A stretch of DNA of 64,000 nt from Nitrospirota bacterium (GTDB lineage: Bacteria; Nitrospirota; UBA9217), in contig CAWJQQ010000009.1 of NCBI GenBank assembly GCA_963845065.1, positions 576,001 through 640,000 of the forward strand, written 5' to 3'. The notes beneath the pieces were generated by a model, which saw only the letters and a list, made by a program, of their open reading frames with translations, ran no database searches and was not told where the DNA came from. The position numbers were made by a program, and so were the translations under genes. Shown piece by piece: positions 42,538 through 52,609 of this stretch. Numbering within the stretch: position 1 is the first letter of the stretch; the number at the start of each line of letters is the position of its first letter.

Positions 42538-43509
42538 ATTGGTGCTCCTCCTTTGAGTTGACTTAGATTGTAAACAAACTGCTCTTGATTTAGGGGACCC
42601 AGCGAGACCAGCGTAGTTTGCGAGCCTGATTCCAGCCTCTCCGGTATTAGCACTTTAGTCGCATAGAGTGATGATTGGACTATGATTCGCAAGTATATTT
42701 AAACGCCGGGTCAAGGTCGGACTCGACGCCTGCCACTTTATTGATTAAGATCCGGTAAATACTCCTAAAAAGCATTTGCGTCCGATAATCAGAATGATTG
42801 CCGCTATATATTATTATAAATATAAGCCTGATTCAGGGAGATGTCAACGGCACTGGATGTATTTGTCACTGGATGGATTAATTCGAGGTAAATAAGGGTG
42901 ATTTCGAGATCTTATATTAATATCCTCAAGTCAAAGGTCAGTGAATAAAGGGGGGATTTTAGCTAAAAAAGAAACCGATAGCTTAAGCACTTTAATGGAA
43001 AATATTTTTTGTAATTATACCTTAATTGAAGCCTTCAGCTAAGAGCAGATCCATGCACAATATGATTGTACAAAAATTATGTATCTTTTGCATGAGCCCC
43101 GTTGCTAAAGTATAACTACCCACATACGAAGAGCAAATCTGGATAGAATGACCAGCAAAAATTCCAGAGATGGCATATAGATTAATGAATAGGCGAGGCC
43201 TTCGGGCGCGGGGCCGGTCTCACTGTAAGTCCTCTGCAATCTATCGGTTCCCAAGAGTCAATTTAATGGTAATTTCGTGAAATGATAGGCGTTACGACGC
43301 AAACGAAGTTTAAGTATATAATAAGAAAAAAACCCCAGAAACCCTTAAGCTCCTGGGCCAATTCCAATCCCAACCTAGGGGAGTATAAACATCATTATGG
43401 CAATACGGGACCGGCATATGGTAGAACGCTGGTGTTGAAGCGCCTTTAAAAAGAGTGACGGTATTGGATCTGTAATTTGCTATCCAGACGTTACTCATGC
43501 TGTCTGGCG

Positions 43510-43749
43510 ATTAAGCCCGGTACGCGGAATTCCTCGCGCGATACTCTTTCCAGTATCTTAGGTGTTTCCCACACTATGTATTCTGGGCTTTGGCATGGTT
43601 ATATCGGTAGTCGTTATCAGATGCGTGCTTCATCTTCTGCCAGCTATCCTTTCTGGCCTTCTGACACGCACGCTTTTGGCAATGTCGCTGGTTCTTACGA
43701 TGAGGAGAGGGGTGAAACTCTTTTCGCAGCACTCGTAGATTTTGTTCAT
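43510..43749 (-). pseudogene. Decayed small Cys-rich basic protein of a type often found in transposon-like elements
   Basis: GGAGG then ATG 43749: MNKIYECCEKSF, frameshift, NQRHCQKRACQKARKDSWQK..DNDYR..*..YWKEYR. Confidence 0.45.
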
Positions 43750-43870
43750 GATTCCTCCATAACATTATTGCGGAATACCATGGACTGTCATTGTGCGCCA
43801 GATGGGAAAAAGAGAAAAGATAGATTTACAGGAGATGTGGGCCCATGAAATGGTACTTTGTCACTCAATC

Positions 43871-44070
43871 AAAAACCGGTAAGTGGGTCCCTGACCACTC
43901 CCCATGTTTAAAGCCAGGGGGTTCTAGCGGCTGTACCGACAGGCTCTCCGGCAACAATACGAACGTTGTCGGCCTCGACTGTCGTTGATCCGCCTTTAAC
44001 GGACGAGCAGCTCTGTCTCCGGTTCGTGGTGTTCTCTTGCTTGATACCGAAGCTGGTTGGATGAATTCGA
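43871..44070 (-). ncRNA. Predicted omega RNA (scaffold overlapping the tnpB 3' end, plus about 20 nt flank-derived guide); 5' end approximate
   Basis: Stems conserved with compensatory changes across the three element copies; established TnpB biology. Confidence 0.65.
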
Positions 44071-45554
44071 CCCTTTGCCGCTTCATGCTGCACCCCCAAC
44101 ACCGCCCGTTCCAGGAGCAGGTTTGCACCCGGCCAGGCTTTGGCAGCCTGACGCGTGTCGAGGACATCGTTAGAAACATGCTTTGCAAGGAATGCGGAAT
44201 AGAGATCACGCTGGGTGCTTACCCCGCAGTTGCAGGCATGCCATCTTTGGGACAATGATTTTTTGGCTACTATTCCGCAATGGCATGTCTGGGAAAGCTT
44301 TGTGCTCCGGGTAGAAAACTCGGTTACTTTACCGCCAGCGTTTTCGGCTTTGTGGTGAAGCATCGACATAAACATCCCCGGAGCTCGTCGCGAAATACTT
44401 TTACCATAGAGTTTCTGAAATGCTTTGTACGACAGTTTCTCGGTTTTGATGTCGGTACCGAGAGTGAGGACTTTGTTCACGAGCTTGCCATGAGACCGTT
44501 TTCTGGTTTCAGCAAGGATTCTTTGAAGTTCGGCGAGATTAGCTTTAAGAATACGGTATTGAACAGAAAAGACCCACTGCTTTTTACCCGTTTTGATGGT
44601 TTTGTCTCCGTTGTAGTTGCCCGGGCTGGTAGCACGACGGCTTCTGGCCATTTTGCGCTGGACGGTCTTGATACGTTTAAACGGTATCTCGACTTCAGGG
44701 CAAAATTCGAGTAGTAACGCATCGGTATCACCAACGATGGCAACTGTCGACGGGCCAATGTCAAGGCCAACGGTTTCGGTGCCAATCTGGTTCTCACGCT
44801 TGATCTTGGCCGTGCCTTTAAGCACAAGTTGGGCAAACCAGCGGGGATTGCCGCGGATAGTTTTCTTGACCAGACGAACGTACTTGACATCATGGCTAAG
44901 TGCATGAGCCTGAACACCAAACTTGTCTTTCTTGTCGAAGACACAGTTGAGACGAAGGCCAGTCCACTCCACATGGTCATCGCACCACCGAATACCAGAT
45001 TTGTTGTTTTTACCTTCAAGGGACGACATCCAGCCATGGCGCTTGAAACGTGGTTTGCCATGCTTCCCAAACTCGTAGTCAGCGACGGCGCTATATGCTC
45101 GAGATGCTATCTTCTGGGCGGTCAGGCTGTCAATATGCTCACTGATCCAGCAGGAATTGCGGAGGATACCGACGTAGTTATGAAGGTGGTATTCAGTATA
45201 TTCAGCCTGGGTTCTGGCTGTCTTAAACATCTTGGTGCGAAGCTTGCTTTTCTTCTTCGTGATCGCCACGAGCCATTTTTCTGATCGCCGCATGGCAGTA
45301 AGACGCTTCATCGCTTCACCAAGGCAGGCATTGTACAGATAACGGCCAGCTTCGAGCCGGGCATCGAGCATTCGATTGTCCTTTGGAGTCGCTACGAGTT
45401 GAAACTCGTGGGTAAAAGATGGGGTTTTAGGTTTATTCGGCATTGGTTGTTTAAATATACCACATAGATGTACATTTGTCTTCTAATTGCCGGAAAACAA
45501 AGTTCCCGCATTCATCCCCATGGTTAAAACCAGGGGCTTTCTGCGGATAGTTTG
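43891..45554 (-). mobile_element. IS200/IS605-family tnpB-only element, copy 1 (intact)
   Basis: Minus strand TTTAC|CAAA, left hairpin CCCCTGGTTTTAACCATGGGG, right hairpin, end GGGGAGTGGTCAG; no TSD. Confidence 0.9.
43908..45443 (-). CDS. tnpB: TnpB RNA-guided endonuclease, 511 aa
   Basis: RuvC-I VGLDIG, RuvC-II KTEKL, Zn finger CHCG..HACNCG, RuvC-III QRDLYSA. Confidence 0.92.
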   Translation of the reverse strand: MPNKPKTPSFTHEFQLVATPKDNRMLDARLEAGRYLYNACLGEAMKRLTAMRRSEKWLVAITKKKSKLRTKMFKTARTQAEYTEYHLHNYVGILRNSCWISEHIDSLTAQKIASRAYSAVADYEFGKHGKPRFKRHGWMSSLEGKNNKSGIRWCDDHVEWTGLRLNCVFDKKDKFGVQAHALSHDVKYVRLVKKTIRGNPRWFAQLVLKGTAKIKRENQIGTETVGLDIGPSTVAIVGDTDALLLEFCPEVEIPFKRIKTVQRKMARSRRATSPGNYNGDKTIKTGKKQWVFSVQYRILKANLAELQRILAETRKRSHGKLVNKVLTLGTDIKTEKLSYKAFQKLYGKSISRRAPGMFMSMLHHKAENAGGKVTEFSTRSTKLSQTCHCGIVAKKSLSQRWHACNCGVSTQRDLYSAFLAKHVSNDVLDTRQAAKAWPGANLLLERAVLGVQHEAAKGRIHPTSFGIKQENTTNRRQSCSSVKGGSTTVEADNVRIVAGEPVGTAARTPWL

Positions 45555-45607
45555 GTAAACAAGTGGTGGTCCATTTTTGGCCGAGGCAACAATTGTTGGA
45601 GTGTCGC

Positions 45608-46417
45608 CTAAGTTTCTTCTCCGGCTTTCCGTGTGGGGTAGACCGAATGTATCGCTAGGGATAGAACTGCTACATATGCGGAGAGCACAACACACGTAAC
45701 CCATTCCCAAAAGGCAAAACTTAAATATACGGGCGAGAGGCTTACCCAATGGAGTTCCGGTAGCACATAATGGACATACGCCTGGGTGAAGCCGGCCAGC
45801 AAGATCGGGAACACCGCGGCGCTAGCCAAAATGGCTGCATATAACCGTGCATGGCCGATGGATCTGCGCATCCGTCGCAGAAACGTTAGCTTAATAGTCT
45901 GGAACATCAGACGGATCATCCCGATGCACAAGCCGGCAAACGCCAATACTGCGAAGATTTCATGCCCTTTATGTACCCGGAGCAGCCACTCGGGCAGTAC
46001 AGCGGAACACATCAAGCAGATGTTTCCCAACTGCATAGCCCTGATTCCGCTTGGACGGCCTTCCACACCCGCAAGATTCCAACGCCGTGCCAATATCGTC
46101 GCCCAGCACAATCCGCAAAGGCTACATAGCACGACGCCCCCTGTCGCCCAAAGATGGCCACCGGGGTCGCGGCCGGGAGTGAGCAGATGGGATACTGGCA
46201 TGTATCGCCAGTCGTACCCTGAAGGATATCGCCGCGCCGCCATCAACATGCCGCCCCAGAATGCGAGCACTCCGAGCGGTGCCATTGCACAAGAGGCCCA
46301 TCGCAAAAGCGACTTGTCCGGAATTTCTTTTTTGACTTCGAGAACTGGTGCCATTATCGTGGTTTTTCCATTTTGATAGCCTTCTGTAGCTGCCTTTGGC
46401 CATATTGCAAGCCACAC
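45608..46417 (-). CDS. Multi-pass membrane protein, DUF998-like, paralog 1 (start may be ATG 46354)
   Basis: About six hydrophobic segments, YP..YDWRYMPVS.L; paralog of 51688..52509 lacking its WRALGV segment. Confidence 0.65.
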   Translation of the reverse strand: MWLAIWPKAATEGYQNGKTTIMAPVLEVKKEIPDKSLLRWASCAMAPLGVLAFWGGMLMAARRYPSGYDWRYMPVSHLLTPGRDPGGHLWATGGVVLCSLCGLCWATILARRWNLAGVEGRPSGIRAMQLGNICLMCSAVLPEWLLRVHKGHEIFAVLAFAGLCIGMIRLMFQTIKLTFLRRMRRSIGHARLYAAILASAAVFPILLAGFTQAYVHYVLPELHWVSLSPVYLSFAFWEWVTCVVLSAYVAVLSLAIHSVYPTRKAGEET

Positions 46418-46670
46418 TCAATGTCAGGGATGATTCGTTCCGTCCAGAAGTAACGAGCTGCCCTGGCATAACCGGTTGGGCTTTTGTTGGCTGATTAAAT
46501 TTTGGCGTTCCACATACGTTTAGATATATTGAGATAACAACAAAGCAAATTTCCCGGACTGTGAACATCAACGAGGATCCTAACGGCTTCAATAATTATG
46601 TCTATCTCGTTACCACCTACCAGTTCAAAATTGTAGCCAGTTGAAACAGTCAAAAATACTGGTGATATCA

Positions 46671-48472
46671 CCTGAATCCTGCACGCTGATGGAGTGAAAA
46701 AGATAAAACCATACAGGTTACACTGATATAATGCGGTTATCTCGCGAACAACCCATGATATCAGGAGGTAACCCATATGGTTAAACGACAAAAGAAGCAT
46801 AGCGCGAAAAACGGCATGAATCAAGGTCAAAATGAAGGCCATTCGGAACCCGCTAAAATCAGCCCTAATACGCGCTACGAGTATTGCAGTGAACGGCTTT
46901 CACCCTTCGGCGGACTGCTGGCGTTAGAGAAGTTCATGGACGCGGTAAAGTTCCAGGAGGTTTTCGAGGGATTTTATCAGCCACCAGGCCGCACGCCGGA
47001 CCAGGGACATTATAAAGCAGTGTATGGGATTCTGGTGTTGCTTTTCATTGGATTCACGCGGCTGTGGCATTTTCAATACATACAAACGGATCCAATGGTG
47101 TGCGCCCTGTTCGGCGTGTCCAAGTTGCCGCACGTGACGACTTACTGGCGATACGTTGCGTCCTTGGGCATCAATCAAGGGAAGTCGCTGCTTTTGGTGA
47201 TGGCGGCGCTACGAGAACGGGTCTGGAAATTGTGCGAGATCAGCTACAGCGTCATCCATGTTAATCTTGATACGACAGTTGAGACCATCTTTGGCGATCA
47301 GGAAGGCGGCCGCAAGGGACACAATACCCGGTACCGGGGAAAAAAGGGATTTCGTCCTGTCCTGGGTTTCATTGAGGAGACGCGAGAGTATCTTGTCGGA
47401 AAGCTTCGCAAGGGCGCGACCATCTCTGGCAAAGAAGTCGCGGAGGTGATCAAGAGCATCAAGAAATACCTTCCTGCTTGTGTCAAAAAGGTGATTCTTC
47501 GAGGTGACGGCGAGTTCATCAGTTGGGATGCGGTTAAAGCTGCGGAAGACGAAAGGCACATGTACATCTTCGGCAATAAAGGATGCAAGCCGCCCTTTGA
47601 TTCCAAGATGTGGTACAAGGTGCACAAAATCGATAGCGTAGAATACAATGAGTGCTGGTATAAACCGACGGGATGGCCGGGAGAACGCCGTTTCGTCTCA
47701 ATGCGTATTCCGGGAAAGAAATCAGGCAAGGGAGACACGCAGCTTGAGCTTTTGGAAGACGGTGGTTTTACGTATCGGCAATTTGTCACCAATCATCCAG
47801 GCAAGTCTCATCAGGCTATCAGCGAGTATGACAAGCGGGCAGATTGCGAGAACCAGATCGGCGAAGTAAAGCGAGAGGGACTGTCGGCTATTCCCACGCG
47901 TCGGTTCATGAACAACTACGCATATTTTCAGATCGTTCTTTTGGCCTACAACAGTTGGAGATCGTTCAAGATGCTCGCAGAATTCAGCGAGAAGCAGAAA
48001 CGCACTCAAGATAACGCGGCAGTCACCGCCTTGAGCGGCATTCAGGACAACACCATCAAAATCGCTCGGTTGAAGCTGCTCATGATCGCGACAAAGCTGG
48101 TCATGAGCGGCAATACGACGAAGGCGCGGTACTCCGAACACGACAACAGGGTAGCAGGACTCTTTAGCTTCATGGAGCATCTTGATCAGCTACGCAATCA
48201 GGTGCGCCCGTGGCTTGATGGCGGTCAGTGGCAATGCCGGCACATGGAGGTTATGAGGCTGCAACCCGCTGAAAATTCTTCATGATGCAATTGTGCAAGA
48301 AATTTCTTGCACAATATAGGCTGAGAAGCTTGGAATTGTGCTTTTCTGCCTTATGCGATGAGGAATGCGGCAGTTAAGATGAAATGAAAGCTGTCGAAGG
48401 GTAAGCGGAAGATGCGGGAATCAAAACAAACCCGACGAGTCGGGGGAACTACGTTTTGATGCAAGATTCAGG
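46671..48472 (+). mobile_element. IS1380-family element with 5-bp TSD TATCA
   Basis: IRL CCTGAATCCTGCA vs IRR reverse complement CCTGAATCTTGCA; TATCA at 46666-46670 and 48473-48477. Confidence 0.88.
46777..48285 (+). CDS. IS1380-family DDE transposase
   Basis: LSPFGGL, LDTTV..GDQEG, RGDGEF, YDKRADCENQI.E.K. Confidence 0.88.
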   Translation: MVKRQKKHSAKNGMNQGQNEGHSEPAKISPNTRYEYCSERLSPFGGLLALEKFMDAVKFQEVFEGFYQPPGRTPDQGHYKAVYGILVLLFIGFTRLWHFQYIQTDPMVCALFGVSKLPHVTTYWRYVASLGINQGKSLLLVMAALRERVWKLCEISYSVIHVNLDTTVETIFGDQEGGRKGHNTRYRGKKGFRPVLGFIEETREYLVGKLRKGATISGKEVAEVIKSIKKYLPACVKKVILRGDGEFISWDAVKAAEDERHMYIFGNKGCKPPFDSKMWYKVHKIDSVEYNECWYKPTGWPGERRFVSMRIPGKKSGKGDTQLELLEDGGFTYRQFVTNHPGKSHQAISEYDKRADCENQIGEVKREGLSAIPTRRFMNNYAYFQIVLLAYNSWRSFKMLAEFSEKQKRTQDNAAVTALSGIQDNTIKIARLKLLMIATKLVMSGNTTKARYSEHDNRVAGLFSFMEHLDQLRNQVRPWLDGGQWQCRHMEVMRLQPAENSS

Positions 48473-48767
48473 TATCATAAATACCCGCAAGGTGGAAAAA
48501 CTGAACCACCGAATCGGGAAAATTGTGAAGTTTCTTGATGCTTTTAGAAATATAAAAAATGAATAAGCAGGGATAGAATAACGGCGTTTAATCCCACCTG
48601 CCAAGGGGGAGCTAAATAATAGTCTATTCATCACGGCGAACTAGGCTATCAAAAATAATGCGAAACTATGCGTTCAAATATTTCTATAATACTGGCATAT
48701 ATTATTGTTTTCTCCTTATCTGAACCATTTTCTCAGTTCGTTAGCTTTCACTTAAATTTTGGTAATA

Positions 48768-49904
48768 TTAACCCCTAAAAATGTCGAATGGCTCAATCTT
48801 GAGCACTTTTCTAACACCGATATAACTTGAAATACCTGCAATAATTACAACCATGATAAAAGCGAAACCGAGATTTGCATATGTTATTTTGGCTGCGTAA
48901 CTAGGTAACCTGAGTTTGGCGAAAGTGATCAAGAGGGAGGCGAGTCCGATACCCAGACCGTAGCCGGTAAGAGCCGTAAATGTCGCCTGGAACAGGATCA
49001 TAAAGACTAGTTCCCTCGCCTTTGCTCCAATCGCTTTTAAAGCGCCGAATTTTTCCAGATTCTCCAGGATGAAGGTATAAAAAGTCTGGCCTGAAATCGA
49101 TAGGCCCACGATGAAACTTATTATCGTCATGATGAGTACATTGGTGCCCACACCCGTCCGATATTTATAAAAAGCGGAGGTCTTGTTTATAAACTCATCT
49201 TTCGTCAGCGCTAGGTATCCAAGCTGAGCTACCTGTTTCTTGATGTACGGCACATCATCGTTGTTCTTCGGTTCAACTAGCAGAAATGCAGCGGTAAACC
49301 TCGTGGAGGGTATATAGCTGATAGCCCTGGTATATGTTGTGTAGAGGGTCGGTAATCCGAACAAGGCGCTGGCAGTGACGTTTGCAATGCCGACAATAAC
49401 TCCCCGGTGATCGTTTAACTCAAATTCAGTACCTACGCGAGGATTCCCGAGCTTGGGATATTCCGAATCCTTAACCACAATAAAAGCATTTTCTGCGTAG
49501 ATATCGTTGATATTCCCTTCGATGAGCGCAGGCCTGCCAAACAGGCTGGAGTCGTCCAGTCCGAGAACCGTCACCCCTTGATAGAAGCCATTGCGAAGCT
49601 TCACGAGCGCTCCGCCGGAATATAGTGGTACTGCGTATTTAACGCCACTAATACTCCGTACTGCGTCCAATATATATGCCGGCATTGGGATGACGTTCGC
49701 TGGGGTAGTAACCGCCGGGTCCATCACCCAGATCTTGGCGCCTACATTGATGACAGTAGCGGATGCGTGGTACAGGATGCCAGCGAACATAGACGTCATC
49801 ATGACTATCAAAAAGACCGCGAATGTTATGCCGACGAGCAAAGCAGCAAATTTACCCTTGTCATTTACTAACAGCTTAAACGCGATTTTGAGGATCCCAT
49901 TCAC
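48768..49904 (-). CDS. ABC transporter permease (DevC/FtsX-like), partner genes missing
   Basis: GITFAVFL, FGALKAIGA, four-TM FtsX topology. Confidence 0.85.
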   Translation of the reverse strand: MNGILKIAFKLLVNDKGKFAALLVGITFAVFLIVMMTSMFAGILYHASATVINVGAKIWVMDPAVTTPANVIPMPAYILDAVRSISGVKYAVPLYSGGALVKLRNGFYQGVTVLGLDDSSLFGRPALIEGNINDIYAENAFIVVKDSEYPKLGNPRVGTEFELNDHRGVIVGIANVTASALFGLPTLYTTYTRAISYIPSTRFTAAFLLVEPKNNDDVPYIKKQVAQLGYLALTKDEFINKTSAFYKYRTGVGTNVLIMTIISFIVGLSISGQTFYTFILENLEKFGALKAIGAKARELVFMILFQATFTALTGYGLGIGLASLLITFAKLRLPSYAAKITYANLGFAFIMVVIIAGISSYIGVRKVLKIEPFDIFRG

Positions 49905-50027
49905 TGTTGTTCTCCATTTTTTTATTGGAAATGCGACGTTAGCGGAGCCGAACGGTTTGTAAGCCTTACAGATGTTGATGACAGGATTTCATTACAAAAC
50001 TCTCATATATTCCTTCTCCGGCTTTAC

Positions 50028-51704
50028 CAAATCATTCGCAGAAAGCCCATGGTTTTAACCATGGGGATGAATGCGGGGACTTAACGTCTCGACATTTGCT
50101 AGACAAATGTTCATCTATATGGTATATTAACATAACAATGCCACGTAATAAAATCTAAAACCCCCTCTTTCATCCATGAGTTTCAACTCGTAACTATCCG
50201 CAAAGGCAACTGAATGCTTGATATTCGGCTTGAGGCTGGCCGCCATCTGTATAATGCCTGCCTTGGCGAAACGCTGAAACGTCTTGCTGCAATGTGTCGG
50301 TCTGAATACTGGTGCACTGCGATTAGAAAGAAGAAAAGCAAGCTGCGCACCAAAATGTTTAAAGAAGCCAGAAACCAAACCAACCATACCGAATATAGCC
50401 TCCATGAGTACGTCGGCGTTCTTTGCAACTCTTGCTGGATCGGCGACCATATCGATAGCCTGACTGCCCAAAAATTAGCGACCAGGGCATACAATGCCGT
50501 AACCGACTACGAGTTTGGCAAACATGGCAAGCCCCGGTTCAAGCGCCGTGGCTGGATGTCGTCACTTGAAGGCAAAAACAATGCATCCGGGATACGGTGG
50601 TGCAATGATCATGTCGAATGGTCTGGACTGAGCCTCAGCTGTCTCTTCGATCACAAGGACAAGCTCGGTGTCCAGGCTCACACGCTTAGCCATGAAGTCA
50701 AATACGTCCGGCTAGTCAAGAAGACCATCGGCGGAACCCCCCGCTGGTTTGCCCAACTCGTTCTAAAGGGCACGGCTAAGATCAAGCGAGAGAACCAGAT
50801 CGGTACCGAGACTGTTGGTTTAGACATCGGCCCATCCACAGGCGCTATCGTAGGCGATACCGATGCCCGGCTCGTTGAGTTCTGCCCGGAAGTCGAGGTA
50901 CCGTATAAACAAACCAGGGTTGTGCAGCGCAAGATAGACAGAAGTCTTAGAGCCACTAATCCAGATAACTACAAGGAGAGCGGCACAATCAAGTCCGGCA
51001 AAAAGCAGTGGGTCTTCTCCGCTCAATACCGTGCTCTAAGCTGTGTTGGCCGAGCTTAAGCGGGTCCTCGCTGCAACGAGAAAACGATCTCATGGAAAGC
51101 TTGCCAATGAGATTCTTAAGCTCGGGACTAACATCAAAACTGAGAAACTTTCGTACGAAGCCTTTCAAAGAACATTTGGCAAAAGCGTATCAAGACGAGC
51201 TCCGGGTATGTTTATTTTGATGCTTCGCCGCAAAGCCGAAAAAGCTGGCGGCCAGATAATCGAATTCCCTACCCGGAGCACGAAACTTTCAATGACATGC
51301 CACTGCGGTGAAGTTAAAAAGAAGCCCCTCTCAAAGCGGCAACACGTTTGCGCATGTGGTGTGGATGCATAGCGAGATCTGTATTCCGCATTTCTCGCAA
51401 AGTACGTTTCGAACGATGTCCTCAACACGCGCCAGGCTCTAGTAGCCTGGCCGGGTGCAAACCTGCTGCTGGAACGGGCGGTGTTGAGGGTGCAGCAAGA
51501 AGCGGCGATAGGTTGAATTCATCCGGCCAGCTTCGGTCTCGCGCGAGCAACGAAGGTAAGTACAAGCGCAGACTGGAGACAGAGCAGCTCGCCCGTTTAA
51601 AACGAATCAACGACAATCGAGGCCGGCAATGTTTGTGTTGTTGCCAGAGAGACTGTCGGCATTGCCGTCAGAACCCCCTAGTTTTAACTATGGGGAGTGG
51701 TCAG
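50028..51704 (+). mobile_element. tnpB-only IS200/IS605 element, copy 2
   Basis: TTTAC (50023-50027)|CAAA...GGGGAGTGGTCAG; removing it restores an open reading frame in the host gene. Confidence 0.9.
50138..51687 (+). pseudogene. tnpB: tnpB pseudogene
   Basis: Collinear with copy 1; early frameshift and TGA, frameshift at about 51040, TAG at 51370 in place of Q before RDLYSA. Confidence 0.9.
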
Positions 51705-52509
51705 GCGTGGGGTAGATTGAATGCGTCGCTAGGGATAGGATTGCTATGTATGCGGAGAGCACGACGCACGTGATCCATTCCCAAAAAGCGAAACTTAAAT
51801 ACACGGGCACTCCGAGGGCACGCCATGAGAGGTTTACCCAATGGAGTTCCGGGAGCACATATTGGACATAAGCCTGGGCCAAGCCCGCCAGCAAGATGGG
51901 GAACACTGCGGCGCTAGCCAAGATGGCTGAATACAACCGTGCATGGCCGATGAATCTGCGCATCCGCCGCAGAAAGGTCCGCTCAATAGTTTGAAACATC
52001 AGACGGATCATCCCGATGCACAAGCCGGTAAACGCCAGCACTGCGAGGATTTCGTGCCCGTTATGTACCTGGAGCATCCACTCGGGCATCACGGCGGAAC
52101 ATATCATACAGAGGTTTCCGAACTGCAGAGCCCAGATTCCGCCTAGTCGGCCTCCCGAACCCTCATGAGTCCAACGCTGGGCCAATACCACCGCCCAGCA
52201 CAACCCACAAAAGCTACATAGTACGACACCCCCCGTCGCCCACATATGGCCTACGGGGTTGCGGCCGGGAGTAAGAAGATTGGATACCGGCATGTATCGC
52301 CAGTCGTACTCTGAAGGATATTGCCGCGCCGCTATCAACATGCCACCCCAGAATGCAAGCACTCCCAGTGGTGCTATTGCGTAAGTGGCCCATCGTATGA
52401 ACGGCTTGTTCAGAATTTCTTTTTTGATTTCGAGAATTCGAGACATTATCCGGCTTTTAACATTTTGACAGCCTTCTGTGGTTGACTTCGGCCATATTGC
52501 GGGCCACAC
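51688..52509 (-). CDS. Multi-pass membrane protein, DUF998-like, paralog 2; last codons replaced by the IS end (start may be ATG 52446)
   Basis: Paralog of 45608..46417; the original tail lies at 49966-50027. Confidence 0.7.
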   Translation of the reverse strand: MWPAIWPKSTTEGCQNVKSRIMSRILEIKKEILNKPFIRWATYAIAPLGVLAFWGGMLIAARQYPSEYDWRYMPVSNLLTPGRNPVGHMWATGGVVLCSFCGLCWAVVLAQRWTHEGSGGRLGGIWALQFGNLCMICSAVMPEWMLQVHNGHEILAVLAFTGLCIGMIRLMFQTIERTFLRRMRRFIGHARLYSAILASAAVFPILLAGLAQAYVQYVLPELHWVNLSWRALGVPVYLSFAFWEWITCVVLSAYIAILSLATHSIYPTPDHSP

Positions 52510-52609
52510 TTAACATTAGGGGTGACACATTCGACCAGAAGTAACGAACGGCCTCGTCCTAACCAGTGGGGGTTTTTGTTGACTGATTAAATTTTGGCGT
52601 TCCACTTAC

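Noticed and set aside
43127..43176. CGAAGAGCAAATCTGGA...TCCAGAGATG resembling a second c-di-GMP-I aptamer
   Set aside because: No GNRA loop, no GCAAAGC junction and no P3; too degenerate to call
43908..45443. Calling the 511-aa RuvC protein a Cas12 or a nuclease-dead TldR
   Set aside because: No CRISPR array or cas genes nearby, IS200/IS605 ends are clear, and all three catalytic acidic residues are present
3990..51681. Repeated in-frame TAG codons (3990, 34634, 34646, about 43574, 51370, 51679) suggesting TAG recoding or pyrrolysine
   Set aside because: Most sit in genes that also carry frameshifts and arise from TGG or CAG by one transition; intact genes such as nuoH, nuoI and the GlcD-like gene use TAG as a normal stop
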